From: Rotaria socialis
Taxonomy: Eukaryota
DNA: 64,000 nucleotides
Assembly (NCBI GenBank): GCA_905331295.1
Contig: CAJNYD010000020.1
Coordinates: 248,001 to 312,000, forward strand
Direction of reading: 5' to 3'
Shown: piece after piece, positions 1 through 12,600 of the stretch
How positions within the stretch are numbered: the stretch's first letter is position 1
How the letters are laid out: every line of letters starts with the position of its first letter
The notes under the pieces: generated by a model
The model's database searches: none
Told to the model about the DNA's origin: nothing
The model's input: the letters and a program-made list of their open reading frames with translations, nothing else
Position numbers and translations under genes: made by a program

Positions 1-1188
1 GTAACGATTTCGTGCAAAAGCTTTACGAATATGTCGTATATAAAGTTTACCAATACGTTTTAATTCTAGACGAAATTGTCTTCCACTAACACAATAGATA
101 TAGAAATTTAATGAGCAATTTGCTAATATAATAACACTGACCAAATTGGCTAACAGCAAATCTGAAGTCGAAAAATATACCAACGATGTTACACTTGATG
201 AAAGAAAAAATAGTAATGAATGTAATAATAAAACAACATTCATCCAGGACATCTTCCCAAATGGTACGTTTGTATTTGTATTTGATGAACCTTTCAAGCA
301 TACTTGTCTCAAAGAGCTTTGCCGCTGTAATTGTAGAGTTCTATCAGATAAATATACAGGTGATGACGCTGGTGCTTTTGTTGATGAACCAGCTATTACA
401 GGCATTGATAAAGTATTACTAGGGTTATATTGTTGTCGTCGTCGAACATGTGCTGTTGTTCGTAAAATGCATCCTATTATGCCTGCATTAAATAATGCAA
501 CTAACAGTGAGGGTATTAGTTCGGAAAATAAACATCGCAACGTATAATAATTAAGTCCAAATGTTAAAGCGTCAAAATAATGTCGCCACATGGGTGATAC
601 ACTTTGCTTATCATATGTACATTTTGCTGATGAATTTGTTTCATTCAAACTAGAATAGTAAATGATTTTTTTTAGTAAACAATAAGAGAAAAGAAATCGG
701 TTTTACTTAGATAAATTTGGTGCAAAGAAAAAGACAGTTGGACCTGTAACAATAGCAACCATGATCAATGCGATTGTAATCATACATAAAAATTTATATT
801 TTCCCAAAAAGTGACATTTTTCACCTCGATTATAAAATAAATTTAAACGCGATGCTACATAGACAAATCTTTCAATAACCCAAAAAACTGTAACCCATGC
901 CGCAATTACACGAATTGATGATGATAAGCGATATATTTTACATGTCATCCAATGTAAATTAACAAGATTATCGGATAGCCATCGTCTTGTTGTTGAATGA
1001 AGTAAAAATGCATAACGTATAATACATATTAAATTAATTCCAAACGATGCTAATGCTAAAGTAGCATATGTTGAACAACAACGAAAACGACGTGATGAAA
1101 AAACGAGCAGACCGAGAAGATTACCAATAAAGCCAAGTACAAATAAAACAACACAAATCCAATCGATGGCAGTAATAACCAATGACAT
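1..1188 (-). CDS. Class A (rhodopsin-like) GPCR; exons 707-1188 and <1-649; 3' end outside the window
   Basis: TM1 GFIGNLLG and ERF (DRY equivalent). A GT-AG intron at 650-706 joins in frame to an open exon with ELIPS (TM5) and NCSLNFYIYCVSGRQFR (TM7/helix 8). Confidence 0.9.
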
Positions 1189-2629
1189 TGATAGTTTAGA
1201 AAGATATCTATATGATAGATAATACTATAAATTATGAAATAGCATAAAGCAAAAAAAGAAGAAAGTAGGATATATATGGGAAAGAAATAACAGTAAAGAT
1301 AATAGTTATAGAACATTGGGGAAAAAATGAAGCCCTTTTATATTTTGTTCTTATCATCTAGGATGTATTTAAATAGTTTTCTATAAATAAGAAAGAGTGA
1401 ATGTCAAATTTATGCCTGATCAATCTCTTTTGGTAACATAGCAAAGAACATTAAAATAGTAGTTTTTTTTGTTTTACAAAATCTGATGATATAGATAACT
1501 ATCTATGATCTTCATTAGGTCGACTTACGTTTGAATATTTCATAAGACAATGAAAGTAAATAAATCTTTCGTACAAATCATTTATTCACGTAAAAAATAG
1601 TATCTTGAAAATTCAATTAGAATAAATGCGGAAATATCGGATTCGCATCCGATTGTTACGTGTACTGCAAAAACTGAGTCGATTTATATATGTTGTGAAT
1701 AATTCTGAGAAAAAAATCCCTGTACCCCCCTCCCCCTCTCTCACGGATGGTCTGGTCAATAGTGACAATTGGATGACGCTTTCAAAGGTTATCGTGTTAA
1801 TGGCCGGACACACTGGCCGAATCTAGAATGAACTCGCGTTTTGAGTACACAAAAAAGAAATTAGTGATATTTATATGCATACAATAATTTTTAAAGAGGT
1901 ATCTTACAAATTGAAGAAAATGAATCTGAGACTATTGACCTTGATTGCCACTGTTTATTACTAATCAAGAAAATATTTAACAACAGAATGCTCTTTAGAA
2001 ATTTCTTCTGAATAAGAAAGCACGTAACTTAATAATAGAGATCGCTTTTTCCTCCGGATGTTTGAAAGTGCATTATTTGCTCTCGCTTTGTTCTGATGAC
2101 AGCATATGCATTCACACATATACATGCATATGTGGGTGCACTCCAGTCTTTTCAGGTCTGGACGAAATCAAATGAGAAAAAGAAATTGGCGTTTCCGGAA
2201 AAAAAGTGACGCGCTTGTCACAACTGATTGGAATGAGCGGGATGTTTATATCGCCTTTAAAACATCTAAAAGATGTTTTACGACGCCAAGAAGCTAACTG
2301 AAAACAAAATTTTCGAAATTCTTTGACATATAATTATTTACGGTTCAATATATATATATATAAGGTAGGACATTGTTACTGCATAGATGGTATATTTAAA
2401 TACTAATTTCTCGATTGTTTCTCTTATTATTAAACAAGAAAAAAACTGATAACAAGTCTAACATGACAAACACAAATTACGTTGATACTAAGTGTATGGA
2501 ATAGTATATATTCTAAAAATTTATTCATCTATGTTGTTCTTAATTATATTTTCTTGATGAAATTCTATTAGATTTATCAATTAGTCGGATGAATAATTAC
2601 AATTACTGTGCAACTCTCTTATGCCCATG

Positions 2630-4375
2630 CAAAAAAGCAGGGATAAAATCAGATTAGAATCGATTACCTTTTTGATTAAAAATCGATTATAATTAGCTGC
2701 AATCAATTATAATCGGAGAAAGCAGTTATTTCGCTGTACTAATCGATTATTATCGATTAAGACTGATTGTGATCAATTCCTATTCCAGTAGTAATCGATT
2801 AAAAGGTGTACGATTATAATAGATTTTGATTAGCTGAAATCGGTTATAATCCATGTACCAATTTTTTCCTACTACTACGGAGTACAACAAACTTCAGTTG
2901 ATTTTTATCTGTTTTTAATCAATCACAAATCAACTAACAGCGGATTCAAAGTAACTGTAATGGTTTGAAATCGACATCAGGCACATAATAACATCTCATC
3001 AATTACTTCCAGTACACTGATTTACAATCAGCAAGATTAGAGTTATTTTTACTTTCCTGAAAGTACTTTCTCAAGAATTTATTAGTATTATCTAAATTAT
3101 ATTATTCAGAATTTTTACGGTCGCAACAAAATATACTTCTACTTCCTTATTTTCTGCTAAACGAACTGGTGATACTCCTCTCCGAGAAAAAGGAAGACAT
3201 CAATGAAAACAATCGTTATCAAAATGAAAAACAAGTCTGAACATATTCCATTTGAATCAATGGAGCAAAACAAAAAAAAATGATTTAGTTTGACAACAAA
3301 ATGTATCCTTAATATTCGTTTTGAAGCGAAAGGAAGAAATAGCGAAAAAACAACTCAGCTTTATATTAAAAGCAAACTCGTATCATAATCCAGGAATGTG
3401 GAGGTGTTGCGCAATCAATTATTTTTATGGGAAGTACTGTAAAGAATGTTACAGTTTTTTCTTTGAAAGGGGTTTGATGCTTCTGACTATCGTGTATTAC
3501 ATCAGATTTTCGATGCGATTTTCGAGATAATTAAATCGTTGTTTTAAATTCAAACCAGGTCATATATGTTGAAATCGCGTTTTTCATGTGCATAAAGAAA
3601 TTGGACTCAGTATCGAATGTTTTGCCTTGTTCTTACACGTATCGAGTCTAAATAGGTTGTTACATTCTTTTTTAAATAACAAAGGTGATAGCTACTGATC
3701 TAGGATTGCCTGTGTATGCCGTTCATTACCAAGTACTGAAGTAATAATCTATCTTTCTAAATTTTCCAGATATCATATTTTTAAGATTTAAACCGTGATT
3801 TATTTTACACTGTTGAAATGAATAATCTTTAAATTATTATGATGGCCTTAACTTTAACTTTTATCACGCAACATAATCACAAAAAATCATTACAAATGAT
3901 TTTTTTCAAACGTTTTCTTAGTGAGTACGAAAAATCAATAAAGAAGTGACTTCTGATTGTGAAAGTTTTCAAAGCATGTTTTCTCAGCCTAGCTCGGTTT
4001 TGCTGGATTTTCGTAAACTATTCTGTTGAAAAAATTGAATAACTCCTAATTGAATTTTCAATTTAGCTATTTTAACCTGCATAAAACTCCATTCGCTATA
4101 ATGAATTCAAAAGTAAAATTGATTCTAATATATTATTAGTAGTAGGAGTTTATTTTAAACTAACTAAATCTCTATTATTATAATCGATTCGAGAAACGAA
4201 TCAATTTTTGTAGATTTTAAGTGAGAAAAAATAATAAAATACTGATGAAAATCGATTCTAATTGATTAATAAAAATCACAGATAATCGATTATAATCTTC
4301 AATTTAATCAGAAAAAATCATAATTGCTCTATTTTCATCAATTATTTGTGATGCGAATCGATTACAATCAAGAAT
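2630..4375. repeat. Two clusters of AATCGATT(A)-rich subrepeats (about 2650-2850 and 4180-4370), probably a degraded non-autonomous DNA transposon
   Basis: Many copies of aatcgatta/ataatcg at both ends; termini and TSD not resolved. Confidence 0.35.
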
Positions 4376-5078
4376 TTAGTTACACATAAACGCAGATGAT
4401 ACCCATGTAAAAATTTTCCGCAAAAAATCACCATATTTTATGAAAATATGTTGACGATAAATTGCACAACTTCTAATTGATAAATATTGATTTTCGGGGC
4501 ATTAAAACTACTATGTACATAAATTTGCCGAGTAAAACTGTTTCACGTGTTTCTCCGTAAGTTACAGGAAGAGGTGCGCTGTTTTAAAAAAAATGTTTTT
4601 TTCTTCTTGCAGTTAAATTGTGAGTGATCCAATGCTTGCTGCCAAGGTTGTGTACACTCATTTTTTATACTCTTTTTTCCTCCTTGGAGTGAAATCGAAA
4701 TTTTATCCAACATAGCTACGACAAGTTTCTTTTTACATTTCTATCAAAACCTATCCTTAAATAGAATTAGCATAGCTTCGCCGACTCCAACTTCGCCAAG
4801 TAAAATTCTTGACCGAAAAATATCGAATCAAATTTGATCCATTCTAGATATAGAATTTTATCACAACGAACTACTTTAATAGTAACTTGATTAATTAACC
4901 CCATCTGACTTGGTAACCATCTGAGTTGGTAGCAAACTGAGTTGATTACCCGCACTCACACCCTCAAGAGTCGACAAAGCAGGAATTTACCGTTAAATAT
5001 ATTACTAGACTTACAAATAGATGATGGCTTAACATGGCGAAGCTATAAAAGCAATCAAATCGTTTTGTTTCTATTAAT

Positions 5079-5468
5079 ATGATTTCAATTTCTCGACGAG
5101 TAATAACTACTTTAACCCTATTTATAATTTTACTTTTACTCATCATTACTGTATGCCGAATTCCATTGAAGCATAATTCAAGAAAATTTTTAATTACGGT
5201 AGTCGACTATCGTCGGAATCCGATATCAAATATGTCGGTTCGAATCACTGCAGCTGAATATCATGATCAAGAATCTTACACAAATAAGCTAGGACAAGCG
5301 ATGTTTTATCTGGAAAATGATCTTAGCAATATGGATTATTTGTATTTAACAGTCGATGATATAAACGAAAAATTTTTACTCGTCAATGAACAATTAACAA
5401 TAAGACTCAAGAATATTAATCAAGATACCGGGGAACCATATGACGAGGAAATGTTTAAATTTAATTAA
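5079..5468 (+). CDS. Small secreted or membrane-anchored protein with a possible carboxypeptidase-regulatory/Cna-B-like beta-sandwich
   Basis: Intronless 129-aa ORF with a hydrophobic N-terminus, followed by the pattern ITVVDxxxNPIxxxxVxI...TNxLGxAxF. Confidence 0.45.
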   Translation: MISISRRVITTLTLFIILLLLIITVCRIPLKHNSRKFLITVVDYRRNPISNMSVRITAAEYHDQESYTNKLGQAMFYLENDLSNMDYLYLTVDDINEKFLLVNEQLTIRLKNINQDTGEPYDEEMFKFN

Positions 5469-6720
5469 ATTTAAACAGAGAAAAAAGCTCTGATTTGTAT
5501 TTCAGCACATACATTATTCTTTATCACAGTTGTAGTTATTTTTTGTGAACATACACAGTGACAAATACAATATGCTATGTTGATCGGGTAATTACTGACG
5601 ATCTTCTCAATTATACGCGAATAATTAATGAATAAAGTTGTTCATTAAAACGAGCAAATAATTTAAATCTGCGTAAACAGAATATAATAATTAAAAATGT
5701 TTGTTCGTTATACCCTCAAATTTACTAAATAAAAGAGACGACGCATATGAATTTGATAAGATGATATTATACACCACGTCTGTTAAAAAAACACCACGGA
5801 GTAAATCTGAAGGTATTATGCTAAGTTCTGTAGAATAATTACCATTAGGTCAAGTTAAAAGTACTCGAGATGATACTTGAATACTGCATAGTAGACTTAA
5901 GAAAACTTTCTTTGTAATAGATTAAGTGACAGCCAAAGAGAATGTTGTATGTTTGTGTGATATTTGATTACATCTCAAATAGTAATATAATAACCAAGTT
6001 ATAATAAGACCTGTTTGGTTATGATATGTAGTGACTTAGTTTAGCTCTATCGCAAGAATAATATAGTAGCGATGTATCAGTATCAATTATTTTCAATAGT
6101 GATACTAATTAGCATTAAATCTCAATACCATATTACTATTGTGCCACGTCTAACAGTAACCGTCACACATTAGAACACAACAAGTCTCATGAAAACTCTA
6201 CTATTACATTCTTATGTATAAGTCGTAGTCATTTATCTTTCTGGCAATTTCGTATTCTTATGAAATCTAGTCACTCTAGATTTACTTGAATTCAGATATC
6301 GAATGCATTTCGTTCTCATTAACCTATAACAGTAAAACAGCTAGTTTTGTTTTGATGCAATTCTTAATTACGTCTGGTTCATTTTTAGTGTGTGAAGATT
6401 TCCTAACTGCATTTGAATTGTTATAATATTGAAATATATACTCTGATTTTAGATTCGAAGGAAATGAAAAGTCAGTAACATTCATCAGATTGTGATTATT
6501 CAAAGAAATCAAATGCAGTTGAAGAATTTTCACATCGTACAAATGAGACAGATATAATTAATTATGCGATTGATAACATCGACTGTATTACAATGATAGG
6601 TTACCGGTAGCACAATAAATTTGATGTGTAAATCGACTAAATAGAGAGCGATTGGTGCTCATAATAAAAAAAGAAAATTCCTGAGTTAACACATCAGTCG
6701 ACATGAATACAATAGTATAC

Positions 6721-7126
6721 TAACGAGGGAATATTCTCAAGTGATTCGCACCATTTCGGTTCATCTTTTGCTGGCTTGTAGGGTCGGTCATAGTATATGA
6801 AATACCTGAAAGGGTTCGTGCCATTGCGGGTCGGTTTCAAAGTTATGAGCGGAAAATGTGTTACAATAGACGATGCCACCTTCTATGTGCTATTTTTTTC
6901 TTCTTTTCATATCTCAACCAGAAGATGATTTTCCCCATAGATATTTCTAATACGGATATTCCTCAACTTTTTCGAACGAAAAAAGTTTCGAGAAGTATGT
7001 TTGAGCTACCTGGTCGAAAGAACGAAACATTAATGAATAGATAGTATGTCATATATATGATGAGCCCTACAAACCAGCAAAAGATGAATCGAAACGGTGC
7101 GAATCACTTGGGAACGTTCCCTCGTA
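6721..7126. mobile_element. MITE-like element with ~80-bp diverged inverted repeats
   Basis: acgagggaatattctcaagtgattcgcaccatttcggttcatcttttgctggcttgtaggg (~6723-6783) is the imperfect reverse complement of ~7065-7125. Confidence 0.7.
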
Positions 7127-8031
7127 AGAGAAGGAGAACGTGGAAGAATTCTGCTCACTGGCGTATTATATTAATATGGCCGATACTAAAATATCAAAAG
7201 AAATGAGGGCCTTATTTTTACTATAACTACATATTAAAAAAAACGTTTCTTGCAGCTAACTATACAACATTGAAGCGTTCCCATCACTGATTTTGAACTG
7301 CTATAAATAAAAATAATGGAACTAGTATAAGAGAATATATTTACAGAAGTCAATGGTGTTATTTTATGAACTATTTTCCATATAAATAATTAGAATATGG
7401 ATACTCATAAGTTTAGAAGTCTAAAGTAAATCATAAAAAAAGGCATAAATCACGCATCACTGATGAATAATAATGATACTTAATTGAAACCGAATATGTG
7501 TACATAATGAATTATCAAACAAATAGTCAGCTTAACTAGATCAGCCCTATGAAACAATAAAATCTTCTCAGTTTTCTACAGAGTAGATAAAACTCATTTT
7601 GATTATTGTAGAATTAATTCCTCTAGTCACGTCCGTACAACATGAAAAGACAGACCTTCGTGCAAAGTATATTCTGAATGCTTATTTTTTTTTTAATTAG
7701 TCTTTCATAGTGAAGATGATATTGCTTTTGGCCAAACAACAGCATTAAAAAACACTCATCGAAGGATTTCTTCTCTTGCGCATCTATTAGCGCCTACTGC
7801 ATTCTTTTTGTTCTCAAATTATTAATAAAAGAATTGTCATACCAGGATATGATATTGGCGTTATTTTAAACATTGAATAGTAGAAAAAATCATTGCCCTA
7901 AAGATTTAATTAATATTCTTGTGCAAAAAGTAATATAAGTAGAAATAATGCTTAAGAATAAGATTTTGTTACACAATAACAGTACTATAGACAAGTACAA
8001 TGCATAGAAATTTCTTATATATATATATATA

Positions 8032-8496
8032 TGTCGTAGGATAGATTAAAATCCAGTACAGTTTTAAATCGAGCTAGGACAGATTAAAATTTTAATTTTT
8101 CCTAGTTCAGATTAAAATTTTAATGTGAACTAGTTGACTTCGAAATGCATTTTAATCTCAACTAGATGGAACTATTACCCGCGTCCTCGCGCTCGCCTTC
8201 ACTTTCACCTATTATCCATCCAAATGTGTATATTTCAATCTGAACTAGTTCAAATCAAAATATTTTAATCTGTCCTGGTTCAGATCAAAATATTTGAAAC
8301 TGTTCTAGTTCAGTTTAAAATATTTTGATTTTTCCTAGTTCAGATCAAAATTTTAAAGTCAACTAGTTGAGATTAAAATGCATTTCGAAGTCAACTAGTT
8401 CACTTTAAAATTTTAATCTGAACTAGGAAAAATTAAAATTTTAATCTGTCCTAGTTCGATTTAAAACTGTACTGGATTTTAATCTATCCTACGACA
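8032..8496. mobile_element. (TA)n-targeted MITE with ~130-bp TIRs and internal ACTAGTT subrepeats
   Basis: Termini TGTCGTAGGATAGATTAAAATCCAGTAC...GTACTGGATTTTAATCTATCCTACGACA, with TA repeats on both sides. Confidence 0.9.
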
Positions 8497-8957
8497 TATA
8501 TATATGTCACAGTTGACATGAGAATTTCAGTTGAGATTGGAATGCGCGAAAAAAATAGGAAATAAATTGAATTGAATGAATGAAAGAAATTAGAGTCGAA
8601 TGATTACCTTGTGCTTTATGTATAATAATAAAAACAGAAGAAAAAATATTCGTTTTATTTAAATTCTACTGATGTGAGTCATAATATAATTAATCTCATC
8701 TGAATTAATCATCAGATGGTATTGCAAGGATGATTACTATATTTTCATATTTCATTTATAAAATTTATATAAATTTAAAAAATTTATATTGGAAAATTTT
8801 TAATAATGTTTGTTTTACTACAATAATAATAGAACACGAAAACAAAGAACTGTATTCATCTTAACGTGTTTATTACTATGAAAACTACCTCAACAAACAT
8901 AGTCTATGTCGGATATTTTAATTATCTTGTTTATTGTGTTTTTTCTGTGTATTAAAA

Positions 8958-9276
8958 ATCGATGAAATGGATATTTTCTATCAAAAGCTTAACTCATATA
9001 TTGATAAACTGGAAATTAAAAAAAAGAAACAAGTATAGTATTAAAAATGTCATGTACTTAAATATTATGAATGTTCTTAAAACAGAAAATTCAAATATGT
9101 CACCGAAATTCAAGTTCTAGGTTCGCCGAACTTTTCGCGTAATGGACATAAGGATCATCGGATATAATCTATAATATAAAAATTAATACGCCATGAATAA
9201 CACATGGAAAAATTTATGAAAAAATGAATGTCATATAGCTGTTGGTCATTCTGGAAGACATAACACATGGGCTGAG
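8958..9276 (+). pseudogene. Degenerate KRBA2/SCAND3 (Ginger/GIN-like) integrase N-terminal fragment
   Basis: Frameshifted, stop-containing translation FYQKLNSYIDKLE...KFKF*VRRTF...ECHIAVGHSGRHNTWAE. HxxxGHxG is the first half of an integrase zinc-binding motif. Confidence 0.6.
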
Positions 9277-9633
9277 GATGTGGGCGTGGGTGTGTGCACA
9301 CACTCACACCCTCAAATAAAAAACTTGTCAGCGCAGCCCCGTTGGGGCTAAAATGTGGAACTCACAGTTCGATCAGTTAGATGCTGATCAAATAGAAGTT
9401 TTATTTTTTCAGAATAGTGAGATCATATTTTGTTCAAAAATAAGATAATAAAACCTTTTTAACATTTGAAGTTTATTGAATCTATCAATAGGAAATATTA
9501 CTAGAGAGAACCGTATGAAAAACGTTTTGTTTAAAATATGTCAGTATGCTGAAGTGTTTAGTGGTTTCATTGAGAAATATTGTGAATGATAATATAGTTT
9601 AAACAGTATTTATGATATAGCTATCAATATTGT

Positions 9634-10626
9634 NNNNNNNNNNNNNNNNNNNNNNNNNNNNNNNNNNNNNNNNNNNNNNNNNNNNNNNNNNNNNNNNNNN
9701 NNNNNNNNNNNNNNNNNNNNNNNNNNNNNNNNNNNNNNNNNNNNNNNNNNNNNNNNNNNNNNNNNNNNNNNNNNNNNNNNNNNNNNNNNNNNNNNNNNNN
9801 NNNNNNNNNNNNNNNNNNNNNNNNNNNNNNNNNNNNNNNNNNNNNNNNNNNNNNNNNNNNNNNNNNNNNNNNNNNNNNNNNNNNNNNNNNNNNNNNNNNN
9901 NNNNNNNNNNNNNNNNNNNNNNNNNNNNNNNNNNNNNNNNNNNNNNNNNNNNNNNNNNNNNNNNNNNNNNNNNNNNNNNNNNNNNNNNNNNNNNNNNNNN
10001 NNNNNNNNNNNNNNNNNNNNNNNNNNNNNNNNNNNNNNNNNNNNNNNNNNNNNNNNNNNNNNNNNNNNNNNNNNNNNNNNNNNNNNNNNNNNNNNNNNNN
10101 NNNNNNNNNNNNNNNNNNNNNNNNNNNNNNNNNNNNNNNNNNNNNNNNNNNNNNNNNNNNNNNNNNNNNNNNNNNNNNNNNNNNNNNNNNNNNNNNNNNN
10201 NNNNNNNNNNNNNNNNNNNNNNNNNNNNNNNNNNNNNNNNNNNNNNNNNNNNNNNNNNNNNNNNNNNNNNNNNNNNNNNNNNNNNNNNNNNNNNNNNNNN
10301 NNNNNNNNNNNNNNNNNNNNNNNNNNNNNNNNNNNNNNNNNNNNNNNNNNNNNNNNNNNNNNNNNNNNNNNNNNNNNNNNNNNNNNNNNNNNNNNNNNNN
10401 NNNNNNNNNNNNNNNNNNNNNNNNNNNNNNNNNNNNNNNNNNNNNNNNNNNNNNNNNNNNNNNNNNNNNNNNNNNNNNNNNNNNNNNNNNNNNNNNNNNN
10501 NNNNNNNNNNNNNNNNNNNNNNNNNNNNNNNNNNNNNNNNNNNNNNNNNNNNNNNNNNNNNNNNNNNNNNNNNNNNNNNNNNNNNNNNNNNNNNNNNNNN
10601 NNNNNNNNNNNNNNNNNNNNNNNNNN
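9634..10626. other. Scaffold gap (N run)
   Basis: Continuous Ns. Confidence 1.
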
Positions 10627-11416
10627 GGGGGGGGGTGGGGTACAGGGAGCCGCAAAAATCTCACAATTAAACTTACACTCACTATTTTCTTCGAAAATAT
10701 ATGTGAGTTCCACAAAACAAGCATATTTTAACAAAAATGGGAGAACAAGTATTAATGTTACCTGAACATCAACTTTAACATGAAAAATTGAAAAACAAAT
10801 ATCCAGAACGTTTTCTGCATAGTATATATATTTTTTAAACATCACCACAACATTGTTCCTTTCTTACATTCATAACTAAACTCACAATTTGTTTTTCACA
10901 TTAAACAAAAGGTTCCATGTCAAATGAAAATTATAATGAAAAAAACATGAATAATACCGCATCGACTAACTTGAGAGTTACTAATGTAGAAACGAATAAT
11001 ATAAATATAAGTAATTGTTAAAAAAAATTCATCAATTTGAATTCATTTTCTTATTTTCATTATTAAACAGTAAACATAAATAGAGAACTAATTTCATCAA
11101 ATCAACATAATATTTCAATATTAAACGATTCAAACACATTAAAAAAATGTACATTGAATTTATGAAAATGAAACATCTATACATTTGGCATCTGAAATCA
11201 GTGTTAGTCAGATGTCAACATATAACAATGCCACATTTAGTACTCTGATGAATTTTCATTTTTACAGTAATAATAGGTATATGTTAAATATTTAGATAAT
11301 TCAGTTCAAGATCAACAATCTAACTCTTATTCTCAAATCAAAATAACAAATAATCAAGAAACTATATCTAATCATATCATGGTAGAATTTAACTCACCTT
11401 TTAATACTTCTTGCTA

Positions 11417-11706
11417 CCCAGGTTGATCAAAACGGACTCGTTTACAGTCTGTTTATCGACGGTAAACGATGTCAAAACGGTGTATTTACGGCAGTAAATA
11501 GGCCGTTTTTGCCCGTAATACCTCGCACAATAATACGGCATCATAAACGGGACTGAATTTTTATGGTTTACGGCTGTTTGTGCTCCGTACTCTCATGATC
11601 ATACGGTCCGTATTACTGCGCCAGATATTACGGCAAACTTTCGCCCGGAAAGTAGTCGTAAAGTAACCGTAAACGGTCGTATACGGACCGTACTGTTCAA
11701 CCTGGA
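11417..11706. mobile_element. CCCAGG-terminal MITE (CMC/EnSpm-like), 2-bp TSD TA
   Basis: ta|CCCAGGTTGATCA...TGTTCAACCTGGA|ta; GC-richer interior with tacgg/ccgta subrepeats. Confidence 0.8.
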
Positions 11707-12283
11707 TATCTTACTGAACAATTATCTATTATTACTCAAAGTAATATAATCAAACAAATCAATAGTATTTTATTCATAACTAAAAACAAAATTGAACTAA
11801 TAAATGTTCTTTCCTTTTTAGTAAACAATATTGAAAATAATATTCAATCAAATTCTATAGGTTCAATTCTAAACGGTATTCTAGTAAACAAAACAATATT
11901 CATCTGTATAAAAAAAATTATTTCATAGGTGCAATCGTTTCTGATCACAATATAACGAACTGACAAGAAGTACGAGATTCTACTTCCCCTATGAGCAAAG
12001 ATCTTCCAATATCGCCAGTTACTAATATTTTATCAGCAACATCTGAAATGGCAGAACGAATAAACCGTGCTTCGTCAAATATAAATGACCAAAATCAATA
12101 TTTATCTGTTGTATCAAACGAAACCATTGCACCATGTACAACAATAAACTCATCCAGCATTTCCAGAAAACAGTAGCATGATAACTGAAAATCAAAATAC
12201 ACATAACTCAAACGGTATTGTGACACATTTTGTAAATTATTTCTTAGCATAGTTACAGTTTACAAAAACGACAAATTTTTGAA

Positions 12284-12600
12284 CCTAGGTCGAGCAATCC
12301 GATAGTAGGCACCTATCGGAACCCATCCGATCCGACTGAAATCCAATAGGATTTTATCGGATCCTGCCCGATCTTACTGAACTATCGTTGGATTCCGGGT
12401 CTAGGAATCAATGTCGGATCCTCAGTATCGGATTTCTATGAATTCCAAGGGAAAACCGTTGTATGTCATCGGAAGTTCATAGGATTTCGACACTGAGGAT
12501 CCGACATCGATTCCTCGACCCGAAATCCAATAGAATTATATCGGATTGTAGGATATTTCCAGGTTCCTATCGGATCCTATGTCGGATCAGTCGACTTGGG
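12284..12600. mobile_element. CCCAGG-family MITE, 2-bp TSD AA
   Basis: aa|CCTAGGTCGAGCAATCCG...CGGATCAGTCGACTTGGG|aa; atccga/tcggat subrepeats. Confidence 0.8.

Noticed and set aside
146..547. 133-aa + strand ORF
   Set aside because: Antisense shadow of GPCR exon 2, with no motifs of its own.
8040..8480. Regularly spaced ~25-30-bp ACTAGTT units resembling a CRISPR array (also 62260-62580)
   Set aside because: No unique spacers, no cas genes, eukaryotic context; these are MITE subterminal repeats.
9610..10848. Three long ORFs of 346-412 aa
   Set aside because: They are artefacts of translating the N gap.
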